DNA of 64,000 nt from a virus (lineage: Duplodnaviria > Caudoviricetes), in the IMG/VR virus record IMGVR_UViG_3300002054_000008, positions 1 to 64,000 of that record; one strand, 5' to 3'. Position numbers and translations under genes: made by a program. Every line of letters starts with the position of its first letter. Positions within the stretch are counted from its first letter, which is position 1. This document shows, one piece after another, positions 1 to 8,416 of this stretch. Below the pieces are notes generated by a model. It searched no databases. It had not been told where the DNA came from and saw only the letters and a list, made by a program, of their open reading frames with translations.

Positions 1-48
1 CAGACTTTCAATCTGGAGAAACGGGTTCGATGCCCGTATGCAGTACCA
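1..48 (+). tRNA. tRNA-Glu(TTC), 5'-truncated by window edge
   Basis: Anticodon arm CAGA-CTTTCAA-TCTG, T-arm ACGGG-TTCGATG-CCCGT, encoded CCA ending at 48. Confidence 0.85.
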
Positions 49-50
49 AG

Positions 51-102
51 TGTTTACATATATGTAAACAAAACAGATAAAATGTTTACATATATGTAAA
101 CA
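51..102. repeat. Two copies of the perfect 20-bp palindrome TGTTTACATATATGTAAACA (51-70, 83-102)
   Basis: Read directly; copies are 32 bp apart start to start. Confidence 0.95.
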
Positions 103-114
103 CAAAATAAACAA

Positions 115-188
115 GCGGCTATGCTAACTGGTTTAGTCCTCTGCCTTCCAAGCAGAATGTATGGGTTCGAGTCCCGTTAGCCGCTCCA
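115..188 (+). tRNA. tRNA-Gly(TCC)
   Basis: Acceptor GCGGCTA/TAGCCGC, loop CTTCCAA, GGTTCGAGTCC, U73 and CCA; weak D-stem. Confidence 0.85.
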
Positions 189-194
189 AGATAT

Positions 195-282
195 GTATTG
201 TTAAAGGTAATCGGATTTACCAAGGGGATTGTAAATCCCCTCCTTTAACTAGGGCGAGGTTCGAGTCCTCAACAATGCACCA
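195..282 (+). tRNA. tRNA-Tyr(GTA)
   Basis: GGGGA-TTGTAAA-TCCCC anticodon arm, long variable arm, T-loop, ACCA end; atypical D-arm. Confidence 0.8.
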
Positions 283-286
283 GATT

Positions 287-361
287 GGCTCATTCGTCTA
301 GGGGTTAGGACGCGGCACTGTCGATGCTGAAACGCGGGTTCGAATCCCGCATGAGCCGCCA
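287..361 (+). tRNA. tRNA-Asp(GTC)
   Basis: Canonical cloverleaf, GGCTCAT/ATGAGCC acceptor, loop CTGTCGA, GCCA end. Confidence 0.92.
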
Positions 362-395
362 TTGATTGTAAACAACAGTTATGGTATGAGAATAT

Positions 396-740
396 ATGAA
401 ATTCTACCACTGCACAGACAGAATTTGGGACTGGCCTCACCAGTTACATCTACCTCGTCCTACGAATGATGTTCCTGTCATACCTGTGTTGTTTGCAAAC
501 TCAACGCCTCTACACCTATATGGTAAGAACGCTTACCAATTTGAGCTAGAGGATGCTAAGATTCTGAATATGTCTCATAAGGTCTACGCAATGATGCGAG
601 ACAATACAGACTACAGAGCAGGATGCTATGACACAGCAAGGCGTGGGGGATATGATGCTCTACAAAGGCATCAATCAGAGGGTGACACAACCCTAGCGGT
701 GTTGAATTTTGATAAAATTGTAAATTGGCGCTTGACTTAA
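396..740 (+). CDS. Small protein with ADP-ribosyltransferase-like (ART-PolyVal-type) motifs
   Basis: N-terminal FYHCT (xYHGT-like), central YG, C-terminal GYDAL...LAVLNFDKI pattern. Confidence 0.45.
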   Translation: MKFYHCTDRIWDWPHQLHLPRPTNDVPVIPVLFANSTPLHLYGKNAYQFELEDAKILNMSHKVYAMMRDNTDYRAGCYDTARRGGYDALQRHQSEGDTTLAVLNFDKIVNWRLT

Positions 741-775
741 TGTCCCACTAACACTTATACCCACACTAAGAATAT

Positions 776-858
776 GCAGACGTAATCGAGTCGGTCTACG
801 AAGCCGTTAATCGTAATTGGAATTGAAAATACAGGTTCGAGTCCTGTCGTCTGCGCCA
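776..858 (+). tRNA. Atypical tRNA-Arg(ACG)-like RNA lacking a D-arm, with a 23-nt variable region
   Basis: Acceptor GCAGACG/CGTCTGC, 8-nt linker, CGGT-CTACGAA-GCCG, T-arm ACAGG-TTCGAGT-CCTGT, GCCA. Confidence 0.8.
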
Positions 859-875
859 GAGAAAAGAGAAGAAAA

Positions 876-2084
876 ATGACTGAACGTAATTATAGATATT
901 CACAAGGCGTTAAAATGTGGGACAAGTATGTGCCATTCGCTGAAAACACAATAGAGCAGCTACATAAGGTAGCACAGATGCCTTTCATTCATAGCCACGT
1001 AGCAGCAATGCCTGATGCCCACCTTGGTATCGGAGCCACTGTTGGTTCTGTGATTGCTACAAAAGGTGCTGTAATCCCTGCGGCTGTGGGTGTTGACCTT
1101 GGCTGCGGAATGATGGCCTTGAGAACCACGTTACGTGCTGACCAACTGCCTGACAATTTAAGAGAGTTACGCTTACGTTTGCAACGCGCAATCCCACTTG
1201 GCTTCCAGTCAGTGCAAGGGCGCTACGCTAAAGGTCGTTGGAAGGTAGCACCACAGTCAACTGTGACACGCTTCCGTCCTCTGCAAGACCGTTTAGACTT
1301 GCTTATTCAGAAGCATCCAATCCTTGAGCGCAACCATGCTCATAATCAGATGGGAACTTTGGGTGGTGGCAATCACTTCATCGAAATCTGTCTGGACGAA
1401 GACGATATGGTGTGGGTAATGCTTCACTCTGGTTCTCGCGGGATTGGTAACATGATTGGCCGCTACTTCATTGAGAAAGCCAAAGAGGATATGCGTCGGC
1501 ACTTCATCAATCTACCAGACAAGGACTTGTCCTATCTGGTTGAGGGAACAGAGAACTTTAACGACTACGTTGAAGCTGTTGAGTGGGCGCAAGAGTATGC
1601 TGCCGAGAACCGAAATGCTATGATGGATATTGTCCTACGCACTATGCGTGAGAAGCTACCTGCTTTTCAGATTAGCAAAGAGGCTGTTAACTGTCACCAT
1701 AACTATATCTCACGCGAGAACCACTTCGGGGCTAACGTAATTGTTACCCGTAAAGGTGCTATTCGTGCGAGGGAAGGTGAGTTAGGTATTATCCCTAGCT
1801 CAATGGCAACAGGGTCAGCTATCGTAAGAGGATTAGGTAATGCTGATAGTTTCTGTTCATGCTCGCATGGCTCTGGTCGTGTTATGTCTCGAACAGAAGC
1901 CAAGAAGATGATTACCTTAGAAGACCACAAGGCTGCTGTTGCGGGAGTCGAGTGCAGAACAGACAAGGACGTGATTGATGAATCACCTGCGGCCTACAAA
2001 GACTTCGACGCTGTGATGAAATCGCAGGAAGACTTAGTGGTAGTGGAACATCGCATCAAGCAGGTTCTAAATATCAAAGGATAA
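876..2084 (+). CDS. rtcB: RtcB family RNA 2',3'-cyclic phosphate/5'-OH ligase
   Basis: MPDAHLG, VGVDLGCG, GTLGGGNHFIE, LHSGSRG, NCHHNY, RKGA, SHGSGR, DESPAAYK motifs. Confidence 0.95.
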   Translation: MTERNYRYSQGVKMWDKYVPFAENTIEQLHKVAQMPFIHSHVAAMPDAHLGIGATVGSVIATKGAVIPAAVGVDLGCGMMALRTTLRADQLPDNLRELRLRLQRAIPLGFQSVQGRYAKGRWKVAPQSTVTRFRPLQDRLDLLIQKHPILERNHAHNQMGTLGGGNHFIEICLDEDDMVWVMLHSGSRGIGNMIGRYFIEKAKEDMRRHFINLPDKDLSYLVEGTENFNDYVEAVEWAQEYAAENRNAMMDIVLRTMREKLPAFQISKEAVNCHHNYISRENHFGANVIVTRKGAIRAREGELGIIPSSMATGSAIVRGLGNADSFCSCSHGSGRVMSRTEAKKMITLEDHKAAVAGVECRTDKDVIDESPAAYKDFDAVMKSQEDLVVVEHRIKQVLNIKG

Positions 2085-2090
2085 TGTCCT

Positions 2091-2127
2091 ATACATAGAG
2101 CATTAAACGGCTTAATGCTCTATGTAT
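2091..2127. terminator. Perfect 16-bp hairpin between rtcB and tRNA-Trp (terminator or processing site)
   Basis: ATACATAGAGCATTAA-acggc-TTAATGCTCTATGTAT; no clear U-tract. Confidence 0.55.
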
Positions 2128-2135
2128 GATACAAT

Positions 2136-2209
2136 GCAGGTCTAGTTCAATGGTAGAACGAGGGTCTCCAAAACCCTAGACGTGGGTTCGATTCCTACGG
2201 CCTGTGCCA
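2136..2209 (+). tRNA. tRNA-Trp(CCA)
   Basis: Canonical cloverleaf, AGGGT-CTCCAAA-ACCCT, GCCA end. Confidence 0.93.
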
Positions 2210-2229
2210 GCTAACAACGGAGAATAAAA

Positions 2230-2523
2230 ATGCAAACATATCAAGACATAGAATACACTGTGGTTGACGATTGGAATTACAAATACGTCCACAGCTTAAA
2301 GCGTAATAGAATTGAGGCCATTGCTTCCTACTGCTACAACAGACAGCACATGCTCCGTAACGAGCATCCAGAGCTTAATGGTTACAACAGCCTCAAGCAA
2401 GACAGACTCATTCCAGAGAGCAAGTTCCGCACACTAACAGGTCTGCGACAAGACTTCTGGAAGTACGCTAAACGTGACAATGGAGCCAAGACAATCGAAG
2501 TTGTCTTGACTTGGCAAGCATGA
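2230..2523 (+). CDS. Hypothetical protein
   Basis: ORF with GGAG RBS. Confidence 0.65.
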   Translation: MQTYQDIEYTVVDDWNYKYVHSLKRNRIEAIASYCYNRQHMLRNEHPELNGYNSLKQDRLIPESKFRTLTGLRQDFWKYAKRDNGAKTIEVVLTWQA

Positions 2524-2534
2524 GGGATTAAAAG

Positions 2535-2660
2535 ATGCAGTGGCTATCTAGGTTCGAAAGGTTCGCTTTCGACATATTAGTAAATCATAAAGAAAGAATA
2601 ATAGAGCTAGAAAGCCGTGTGGCTTTCCTAGAGCGAGAACTCAATAGACTGGAGAAATAA
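2535..2660 (+). CDS. Small hypothetical coiled-coil protein (41 aa)
   Basis: MQWLSRFERFAFDILVNHKERIIELESRVAFLERELNRLEK; GAGG RBS; abuts nrdA start. Confidence 0.55.
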   Translation: MQWLSRFERFAFDILVNHKERIIELESRVAFLERELNRLEK

Positions 2661-4415
2661 ATGACGATTGAGATTAGTCCCAAGCGGGATGAATTACTTA
2701 CTGCCTTTGGCAGAGAAACCCTAATAGACAGATACCTATTAGCAGAGGAAACCCCGCAAGAACTTTTCAAAAGAGTCGCGACAGCCTACCAAGAAGATGA
2801 TGCTCATGGGCAGCGAATGTACGACTACATGTCTAAGCACTGGTTCATGCCAGCTACGCCTGTTCTATCCAATGGTGGAACCACAAGAGGTATGCCTATC
2901 TCTTGTTTCCTCAACGAGGTAGGTGATAGCTTAACTGATATTTCCAGTACACAAACAGAGAACCTCTGGTTGGCATCAGCAGGTGGTGGTATCGGAACCT
3001 ATTGGGGTAACGTGCGCTCTATTGGTGAGACTGTAGGTCGTGTTGGTAAAACATCAGGCATCGTTCCTTTCCTAAAAGTTATGGATAGTCAGACCCTTGC
3101 TATTAGCCAAGGGTCTTTACGCAGAGGGTCTGCTGCTGCCTACATCGACGTGCACCACCCTGAAATTCAGGAGTTTGTAGAGATTAGGAAGCCAACAGGT
3201 GGTGACCCTGACCGCAGGTGTCTTAATCTACATCATGGTATTGTGGTGGATGATAAGTTTATGAGAGCCGTTGAGAACGACTCTGACTACGACTTAATCT
3301 CCCCTCACACTAAGGAAGTAGTCAGTACAATCCACGCGCCTACACTATGGCACAAGATTCTTGAATTAAGAATGGCCACAGGTGAGCCTTATATTCTATG
3401 GATTGATACTGTTAACAAAGCTCTAGCGCCCCATGCACTCAAGCAGAACCTTTTGTGTACAACGTCAAACCTATGTGTTGAGATTACTCTACACACCTCG
3501 ACAGAAAGAACAGCCGTATGCTGCTTATCCTCATTGAACATCGAAACCTTCGACCAATGGGAAGACCATTTCGAAGTGTTAGTGGAAGACGTTCTATTGT
3601 TCCTAGACAATGTGTTGCAGAGTTTTATCGACAATGCTCCAAGCACACATGCTAAAGCAATCTACTCTGCCATGATGGAAAGGTCTGTTGGACTAGGTGT
3701 TATGGGCCTACATGGTTACTTCATGTCCAAGGGTTGGGCCTTTGGTTCTCCAGAGAGCCACGACTTCAATGAGAAGTTCTTCGATAGTTTTGCAGAGTGG
3801 AACAGACGAGCCAACATTAGTATTGGTGCTATGAAAGGGCCATGCCCTGATTGGGAGAATGCTAATATGGATGGGCCACCGCTTAGGTTCACTAACACTT
3901 CCAGTATTGCTCCCACGGCCAGTATCTCAATCATTTGTGGGGGTGCAACAGCAGGGACAGACCTTATCCCTTCTAACATCTATACTCATAAGACCCTATC
4001 AGGCTCTTTCACAGTCAAGAATAAGTACCTTGAAGCTGTGCTACAACGTCACGGTAAGAATGAGCAGGAGATTTGGAGTGAGATTCTACAGGACAATGGT
4101 TCGGTAAGAGGTCTTAGTTTCTTAACACCAGAGGAACGGGATTGTTTTAAAACTGCCTTTGAGATTGACCAGATGCAGGTAATCTTCCTAGCTGCTGCTC
4201 GTGCTCCACATGTTAATCAGAGCCAGAGTCTGAATGTTTTCATCAATCCTGATGCAAATAAAGGCTATGTGAACACTTTACACTTGACAGCTTGGCGTAT
4301 GGGTATAAAGAGTATGTATTACTGTCGGTCTAAAGCTATTAGACGAGCAGAGAATATCGGAGGAAAGATTGAAAGACAAATCATCCAAGAAGAAGACTGC
4401 GAGTCCTGCCAGTAG
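2661..4415 (+). CDS. nrdA: Class I ribonucleotide reductase alpha subunit (short, no ATP cone)
   Basis: FMPATPVL, ISCFL, SNLCVEI, VCCLSS, IAPTAS, QSQSLN, KSMYY, C-terminal CESCQ. Confidence 0.95.
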   Translation: MTIEISPKRDELLTAFGRETLIDRYLLAEETPQELFKRVATAYQEDDAHGQRMYDYMSKHWFMPATPVLSNGGTTRGMPISCFLNEVGDSLTDISSTQTENLWLASAGGGIGTYWGNVRSIGETVGRVGKTSGIVPFLKVMDSQTLAISQGSLRRGSAAAYIDVHHPEIQEFVEIRKPTGGDPDRRCLNLHHGIVVDDKFMRAVENDSDYDLISPHTKEVVSTIHAPTLWHKILELRMATGEPYILWIDTVNKALAPHALKQNLLCTTSNLCVEITLHTSTERTAVCCLSSLNIETFDQWEDHFEVLVEDVLLFLDNVLQSFIDNAPSTHAKAIYSAMMERSVGLGVMGLHGYFMSKGWAFGSPESHDFNEKFFDSFAEWNRRANISIGAMKGPCPDWENANMDGPPLRFTNTSSIAPTASISIICGGATAGTDLIPSNIYTHKTLSGSFTVKNKYLEAVLQRHGKNEQEIWSEILQDNGSVRGLSFLTPEERDCFKTAFEIDQMQVIFLAAARAPHVNQSQSLNVFINPDANKGYVNTLHLTAWRMGIKSMYYCRSKAIRRAENIGGKIERQIIQEEDCESCQ

Positions 4416-4428
4416 GTATAATGACTCT

Positions 4429-4596
4429 ATGAAAACAATTAGAGAAGCCACACCCTGCGAAGAGTGTGGCTCTAAGGTTGTAGCAGATGGTGTGAGATTC
4501 AGTTTTCCACCTAGACACAACTTTCGCTGCACAGGCTGTGGTAAAACCAGCTATTCAGACCCAATGAAAGGAGACAAGAATTATGCAGAACTTTAA
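4429..4596 (+). CDS. Small zinc-ribbon protein
   Basis: CEECG...CTGCG; TATAAT 6 nt upstream of ATG suggests a leaderless start. Confidence 0.55.
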   Translation: MKTIREATPCEECGSKVVADGVRFSFPPRHNFRCTGCGKTSYSDPMKGDKNYAEL

Positions 4597-5461
4597 ACCC
4601 ATGCTGGCCAGAAATGTAGACCTTGAGAAACTTCAAGTTCCATGCGCCGTACAAAAGAAATGGGATGGTGAGAGACTAATCTACAAAGATGGTCAGTTCC
4701 TATCCCGCTCTATGAAACCTATCACCAATTTATGGCTTATAGGTCAGCTACAACAAATCCTAGAAAACTTCCACTTACCCCTAGATGGTGAGATTCAAGT
4801 TGATGGAACCTTTGCCAACACATCGGGCTTCGTAAGAAAGTCTGACCGTCAAGGTGACTTTATCTATCATGTCTTTGATATGCCTATGGAGGGGATGAAT
4901 TATTTGGAGAGACACAATCTGTTGGGTGACCACATCGACATGATTAACGACCCACGTATTCAAATTGTCCCTTACACCTTGGTAGAGACTATGGATGAAC
5001 TAATGGAGATTCACAGCGAGTATGCTGCTGACCCTGCATTGGACGGAACAATCACAAGAGACCTATCAACCTTCTATAAGTGTGGCCGAGCCACAGTCAC
5101 AGAGGGTCAGGTAATGAAGATGAAGGATTTTGAAGATGATGAAGGACTTATCATTGGGTTTACAGAACGTATGCACAACACAAACGAAGCCCAAACAAAT
5201 GAACTTGGTAGAACCTTTAGAAGCTCTGCCCAAGATGGACTTGAACCCACAGGACTACTTGCAACGTACATTGTTGAATGGAAGGGGGTTCAATTTAATG
5301 TTACAGCCACAGGTGACCTCGCTAGTCGTGAGCTAAGGTGGAAAAACAAGGATGAATACCTTGGTAAATTGGTGAAATTTCAGTTCCAAGGCGTAGGAAA
5401 TAATGGAGCACCAAGATTTCCTGTTGAGTTAGGAATAAGAGACAAGGAGGATTTGTCGTGA
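4583..5461 (+). CDS. ATP-dependent DNA ligase (minimal type)
   Basis: KPMLA, motif I KWDGER, LDGE, HVFD, MKMK, PRFP. Confidence 0.92.
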   Translation: MQNFKPMLARNVDLEKLQVPCAVQKKWDGERLIYKDGQFLSRSMKPITNLWLIGQLQQILENFHLPLDGEIQVDGTFANTSGFVRKSDRQGDFIYHVFDMPMEGMNYLERHNLLGDHIDMINDPRIQIVPYTLVETMDELMEIHSEYAADPALDGTITRDLSTFYKCGRATVTEGQVMKMKDFEDDEGLIIGFTERMHNTNEAQTNELGRTFRSSAQDGLEPTGLLATYIVEWKGVQFNVTATGDLASRELRWKNKDEYLGKLVKFQFQGVGNNGAPRFPVELGIRDKEDLS

Positions 5462-6036
5462 ACCACGAAGACCAAGTAAAACAGATGTTGGCACAGTTTG
5501 ATGCTGACCAGAAGAGAGTAGAGCAGGGATTGCCAGATGATACTATAATCAGGAACTCTATGAGAACACCAGACGGTACAGAGATTGTATCAACACACAG
5601 ACACGACTTCGTGTCCCACGAGGACGCCAACGGCAACACATACTCTGTAGATGGTGGGACAGCTTACCTAAGACGGGTTGGCCCTATGGACGCAGAGGAC
5701 ACAAGCGTTTTCTTATGGCACGGCCATGCTGTCGTCAGAGACGTATTCACATGGGGTACTCGTGGCCCTGATGGTGACCAACCCTTGAAGCGTGTGAAGC
5801 TGTCCGAAATGAGTGACGACCATATGCTCAATATTATCAACGATGGTTACAATATCTGGCCACTGATGCAAGCAGAGCTAGACTGGAGAAAGTCGGCAGG
5901 AGCAAGGAAGCTGGTGCGTAAAGCAGACATTGAACGCTTGCAGCGTCTCATTGAGATACGTCCAGAAAGAGAAGAACACTATATGGCCTATGCAGAGCCA
6001 ATCATTACGGAGTTTAACAATAATGAGTTTGACTAA
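5458..6036 (+). CDS. Conserved phage hypothetical protein
   Basis: IIRN...STHRHDFV...VDGGTAYLRR pattern; overlaps ligase stop (GTGA). Confidence 0.65.
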   Translation: MNHEDQVKQMLAQFDADQKRVEQGLPDDTIIRNSMRTPDGTEIVSTHRHDFVSHEDANGNTYSVDGGTAYLRRVGPMDAEDTSVFLWHGHAVVRDVFTWGTRGPDGDQPLKRVKLSEMSDDHMLNIINDGYNIWPLMQAELDWRKSAGARKLVRKADIERLQRLIEIRPEREEHYMAYAEPIITEFNNNEFD

Positions 6037-7210
6037 ACCACGAGTAGCTTTTAAGCCCTTTGAATACCCTTGGGCTTATGACTACTGGAAACAACAACAA
6101 CAGAGCCACTGGTTACCAGATGAAGTACCTATGGCAGAGGACGTGAAGGACTGGCAGAAGAACCTGAATGATGCCGAGAAGAATTTGCTTACGCAGATTT
6201 TCCGCTTCTTCACTCAAGCTGATGTTGAGGTCAACAACTGTTACATGAAGCGTTACGCGCAGATGTTTGGGCCACCAGAGGTGCAGATGATGCTCTCGGC
6301 ATTCTCTAACATCGAAACGGTACACATAGACGCCTACTCTCACCTTATCGACACACTTGGTATGCCAGAGACAGAGTATTCTGCTTTCCTAGACAATCAA
6401 GCAATGCGTGAGAAGTACGATTACCTACATGCTGTTGAGTCAGATAGTCCAAAAGACATTGCTAAAACCCTTGCAGTCTTTTCAGGGTTCACAGAAGGTA
6501 TGAGCCTGTTCGCTTCGTTTGCTATTTTGATGAATTTCCCTCGTCAAAATAAGATGAAGGGTATGGGCCAGATTGTTACGTGGTCTATCCGAGACGAGAG
6601 TTTGCACTGTGAAGGAATGACTAAGGTGTTCCGTACATACATTGAAGAGAATAGACACCTATGGGGTGACGAACTCAAGAATGAAATCTATCAGGCTTGT
6701 CGAGATATGGTTAAGCTAGAGGACAACTTCATTGACACTGTTTATGAAATGGGGCCAGTGGATGGTCTTACCAAAGAGGAAGTTAAGCAGTACATTAGAT
6801 ACATCGCTGACCGTAGGCTACTTGGTCTAGGGTTGAAAGCTAACTTTGAGGTATCTGAAAACCCACTTCCTTGGTTAGAAGAACTTCTTAACGGGGCCGA
6901 GTACGGGAACTTTTTCGAGACTAGAACCACAGAATACGCTAAATCGTCCCTTACGGGGTCATGGGAAGACGCTTATACAAAGCCTGATATGTACGTTGTG
7001 TATGGTCAGCCTGATTGTATCTTCTGTGAGAAGGCTAAGGGACTGCTAACTAATGCAGGGCTAAAGTTTCAGTTCATTGAGCTAAGTGACGACGCAAAAG
7101 CACGTCTCTATACCACCAGTGGTCGTAGCTCCATCCCGATTATACATCGAAATGGAGAGGAAGTTGGAGGTTATTCTGACCTTCGGAAAAGTCTTCTAGG
7201 TGGTCATTGA
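6023..7210 (+). CDS. nrdB: Ribonucleotide reductase beta subunit fused to a C-terminal glutaredoxin
   Basis: FKPFEYPWA, FFTQADVEV, ETVHIDAYS, DESLH, NFFE; C-terminal YGQPDCIFC...SIPII...GGYSDL. Confidence 0.93.
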   Translation: MSLTKPRVAFKPFEYPWAYDYWKQQQQSHWLPDEVPMAEDVKDWQKNLNDAEKNLLTQIFRFFTQADVEVNNCYMKRYAQMFGPPEVQMMLSAFSNIETVHIDAYSHLIDTLGMPETEYSAFLDNQAMREKYDYLHAVESDSPKDIAKTLAVFSGFTEGMSLFASFAILMNFPRQNKMKGMGQIVTWSIRDESLHCEGMTKVFRTYIEENRHLWGDELKNEIYQACRDMVKLEDNFIDTVYEMGPVDGLTKEEVKQYIRYIADRRLLGLGLKANFEVSENPLPWLEELLNGAEYGNFFETRTTEYAKSSLTGSWEDAYTKPDMYVVYGQPDCIFCEKAKGLLTNAGLKFQFIELSDDAKARLYTTSGRSSIPIIHRNGEEVGGYSDLRKSLLGGH

Positions 7211-7703
7211 CCTCTAGTAGTCCATAAACTTTAGAGGGGCTGGATTCTGGTCTTAACTGAACATGAACCCAGTCCCAACCATAAAGCTGACCCATTGATG
7301 TTAAGCCAGAGCGACCCGCTAATTCAGCGTAAATCTTATAACCGTTCTGGTCACCCAAATAATCTGTGTCCCACACAGCACGTCCATCAATCTCCCAATA
7401 ACAGTCAGAAGCCTCTCCCCAATTATGCCATGACAATCCACCATAAGCATTAGTGACATGAGGCCCATGTGCTGGCCCTGCTTTATCTAGGCAGTCTGCT
7501 AAGAAGTAAGCACCTCTATCTCTCAAGAACTTAATCTTCTCACGTACAACCCAACCTGCTCGTGACTGACGCCACAACTTGCCCTGTTCAACAGGGTTTC
7601 TGTATAGAGAGTAAGGTTTCATAATAACGCCTCGTTGCTCACAGGCGTCCACGAGGTGTTCTAACCTCTCGTTAAATTCAGGGTTAAGATTTGTTGAGTT
7701 CAT
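7140..7703 (-). CDS. Endolysin, M15-family L-Ala-D-Glu peptidase
   Basis: YR..EQ, SWHNWGEASD, DWVHVQL; last gene of the lysis cassette. Confidence 0.85.
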   Translation of the reverse strand: MNSTNLNPEFNERLEHLVDACEQRGVIMKPYSLYRNPVEQGKLWRQSRAGWVVREKIKFLRDRGAYFLADCLDKAGPAHGPHVTNAYGGLSWHNWGEASDCYWEIDGRAVWDTDYLGDQNGYKIYAELAGRSGLTSMGQLYGWDWVHVQLRPESSPSKVYGLLEVNDHLEDFSEGQNNLQLPLHFDV

Positions 7704-8082
7704 CAATAGACTCCAAGGTTGATTGTCTTTCTGCTTCCGCAGCTTCTTTCTCTTCCGCACATCTTACCTCAAGTTTGTCAGCTTCACCAGCTAAGTCTTG
7801 ATGGGCAGTATCTAGGGATAGCACATCATCAAGCGCTGTTTTAGCCAAGACCTCAACATCGTCATCAGTTTGCACATCAGGTAATTTTGACGAAGCCAAT
7901 TCGACAGGCTCTTTAAAGCTGTCTTCAATCTTTGCATCACCACAGACCGCTCTAACGAGGTCTACGGGAACGTACTTTGTCTTGTAAGTCACCGAGGGTG
8001 TCGCGCACCCCGCTATCAGGAATAGGCTGAGCAGGAACACTGCTTGAAGCCTGAATCTGCTCAAGTTTTTTCGTTGATTCAT
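7684..8082 (-). CDS. o-spanin (outer-membrane lipoprotein)
   Basis: Signal peptide with lipobox LIAG-C; overlaps i-spanin. Confidence 0.75.
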   Translation of the reverse strand: MNQRKNLSRFRLQAVFLLSLFLIAGCATPSVTYKTKYVPVDLVRAVCGDAKIEDSFKEPVELASSKLPDVQTDDDVEVLAKTALDDVLSLDTAHQDLAGEADKLEVRCAEEKEAAEAERQSTLESIDELNKS

Positions 8083-8416
8083 CGTTCAATCTCCTCTGTT
8101 CAGAAGCCTCTGCTCTCGCTTGTGCGGCACGAGCTTCTGCTTGTTCCTTCTCCAATTTAAGCTTTCTCTCAGCTTCTTTAGCTGCACTATCCTGCGCTGC
8201 TTTTAATTCTGCGGCCTCTCTGGACGCCTTAATTTCTTCTTGCTGTTCCACTTTCACTCTCTCGGCCTCTCGCAGTTCCCATTTGGAATCTGTACGATTC
8301 ACAGCACAAGTATTGAGTGCGAGTGAGTATGTTAGTAGTAGTGCTAGTGCAACAATAGGTTTCCAGTATTTACGCAGGAACTTTGTCGGGATAAATTTAA
8401 GCAACCAAATCGGCAT
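7952..8416 (-). CDS. i-spanin
   Basis: N-terminal TM segment followed by Ala/Glu/Lys coiled coil. Confidence 0.75.
   Translation of the reverse strand: MPIWLLKFIPTKFLRKYWKPIVALALLLTYSLALNTCAVNRTDSKWELREAERVKVEQQEEIKASREAAELKAAQDSAAKEAERKLKLEKEQAEARAAQARAEASEQRRLNDESTKKLEQIQASSSVPAQPIPDSGVRDTLGDLQDKVRSRRPR

Noticed and set aside
249-440. Minus-strand ORF 249-440, likewise 53984-54187 and the 5' extensions of ORFs at 54871 and 55660
   Set aside because: They overlap tRNA genes and are shadows of them.
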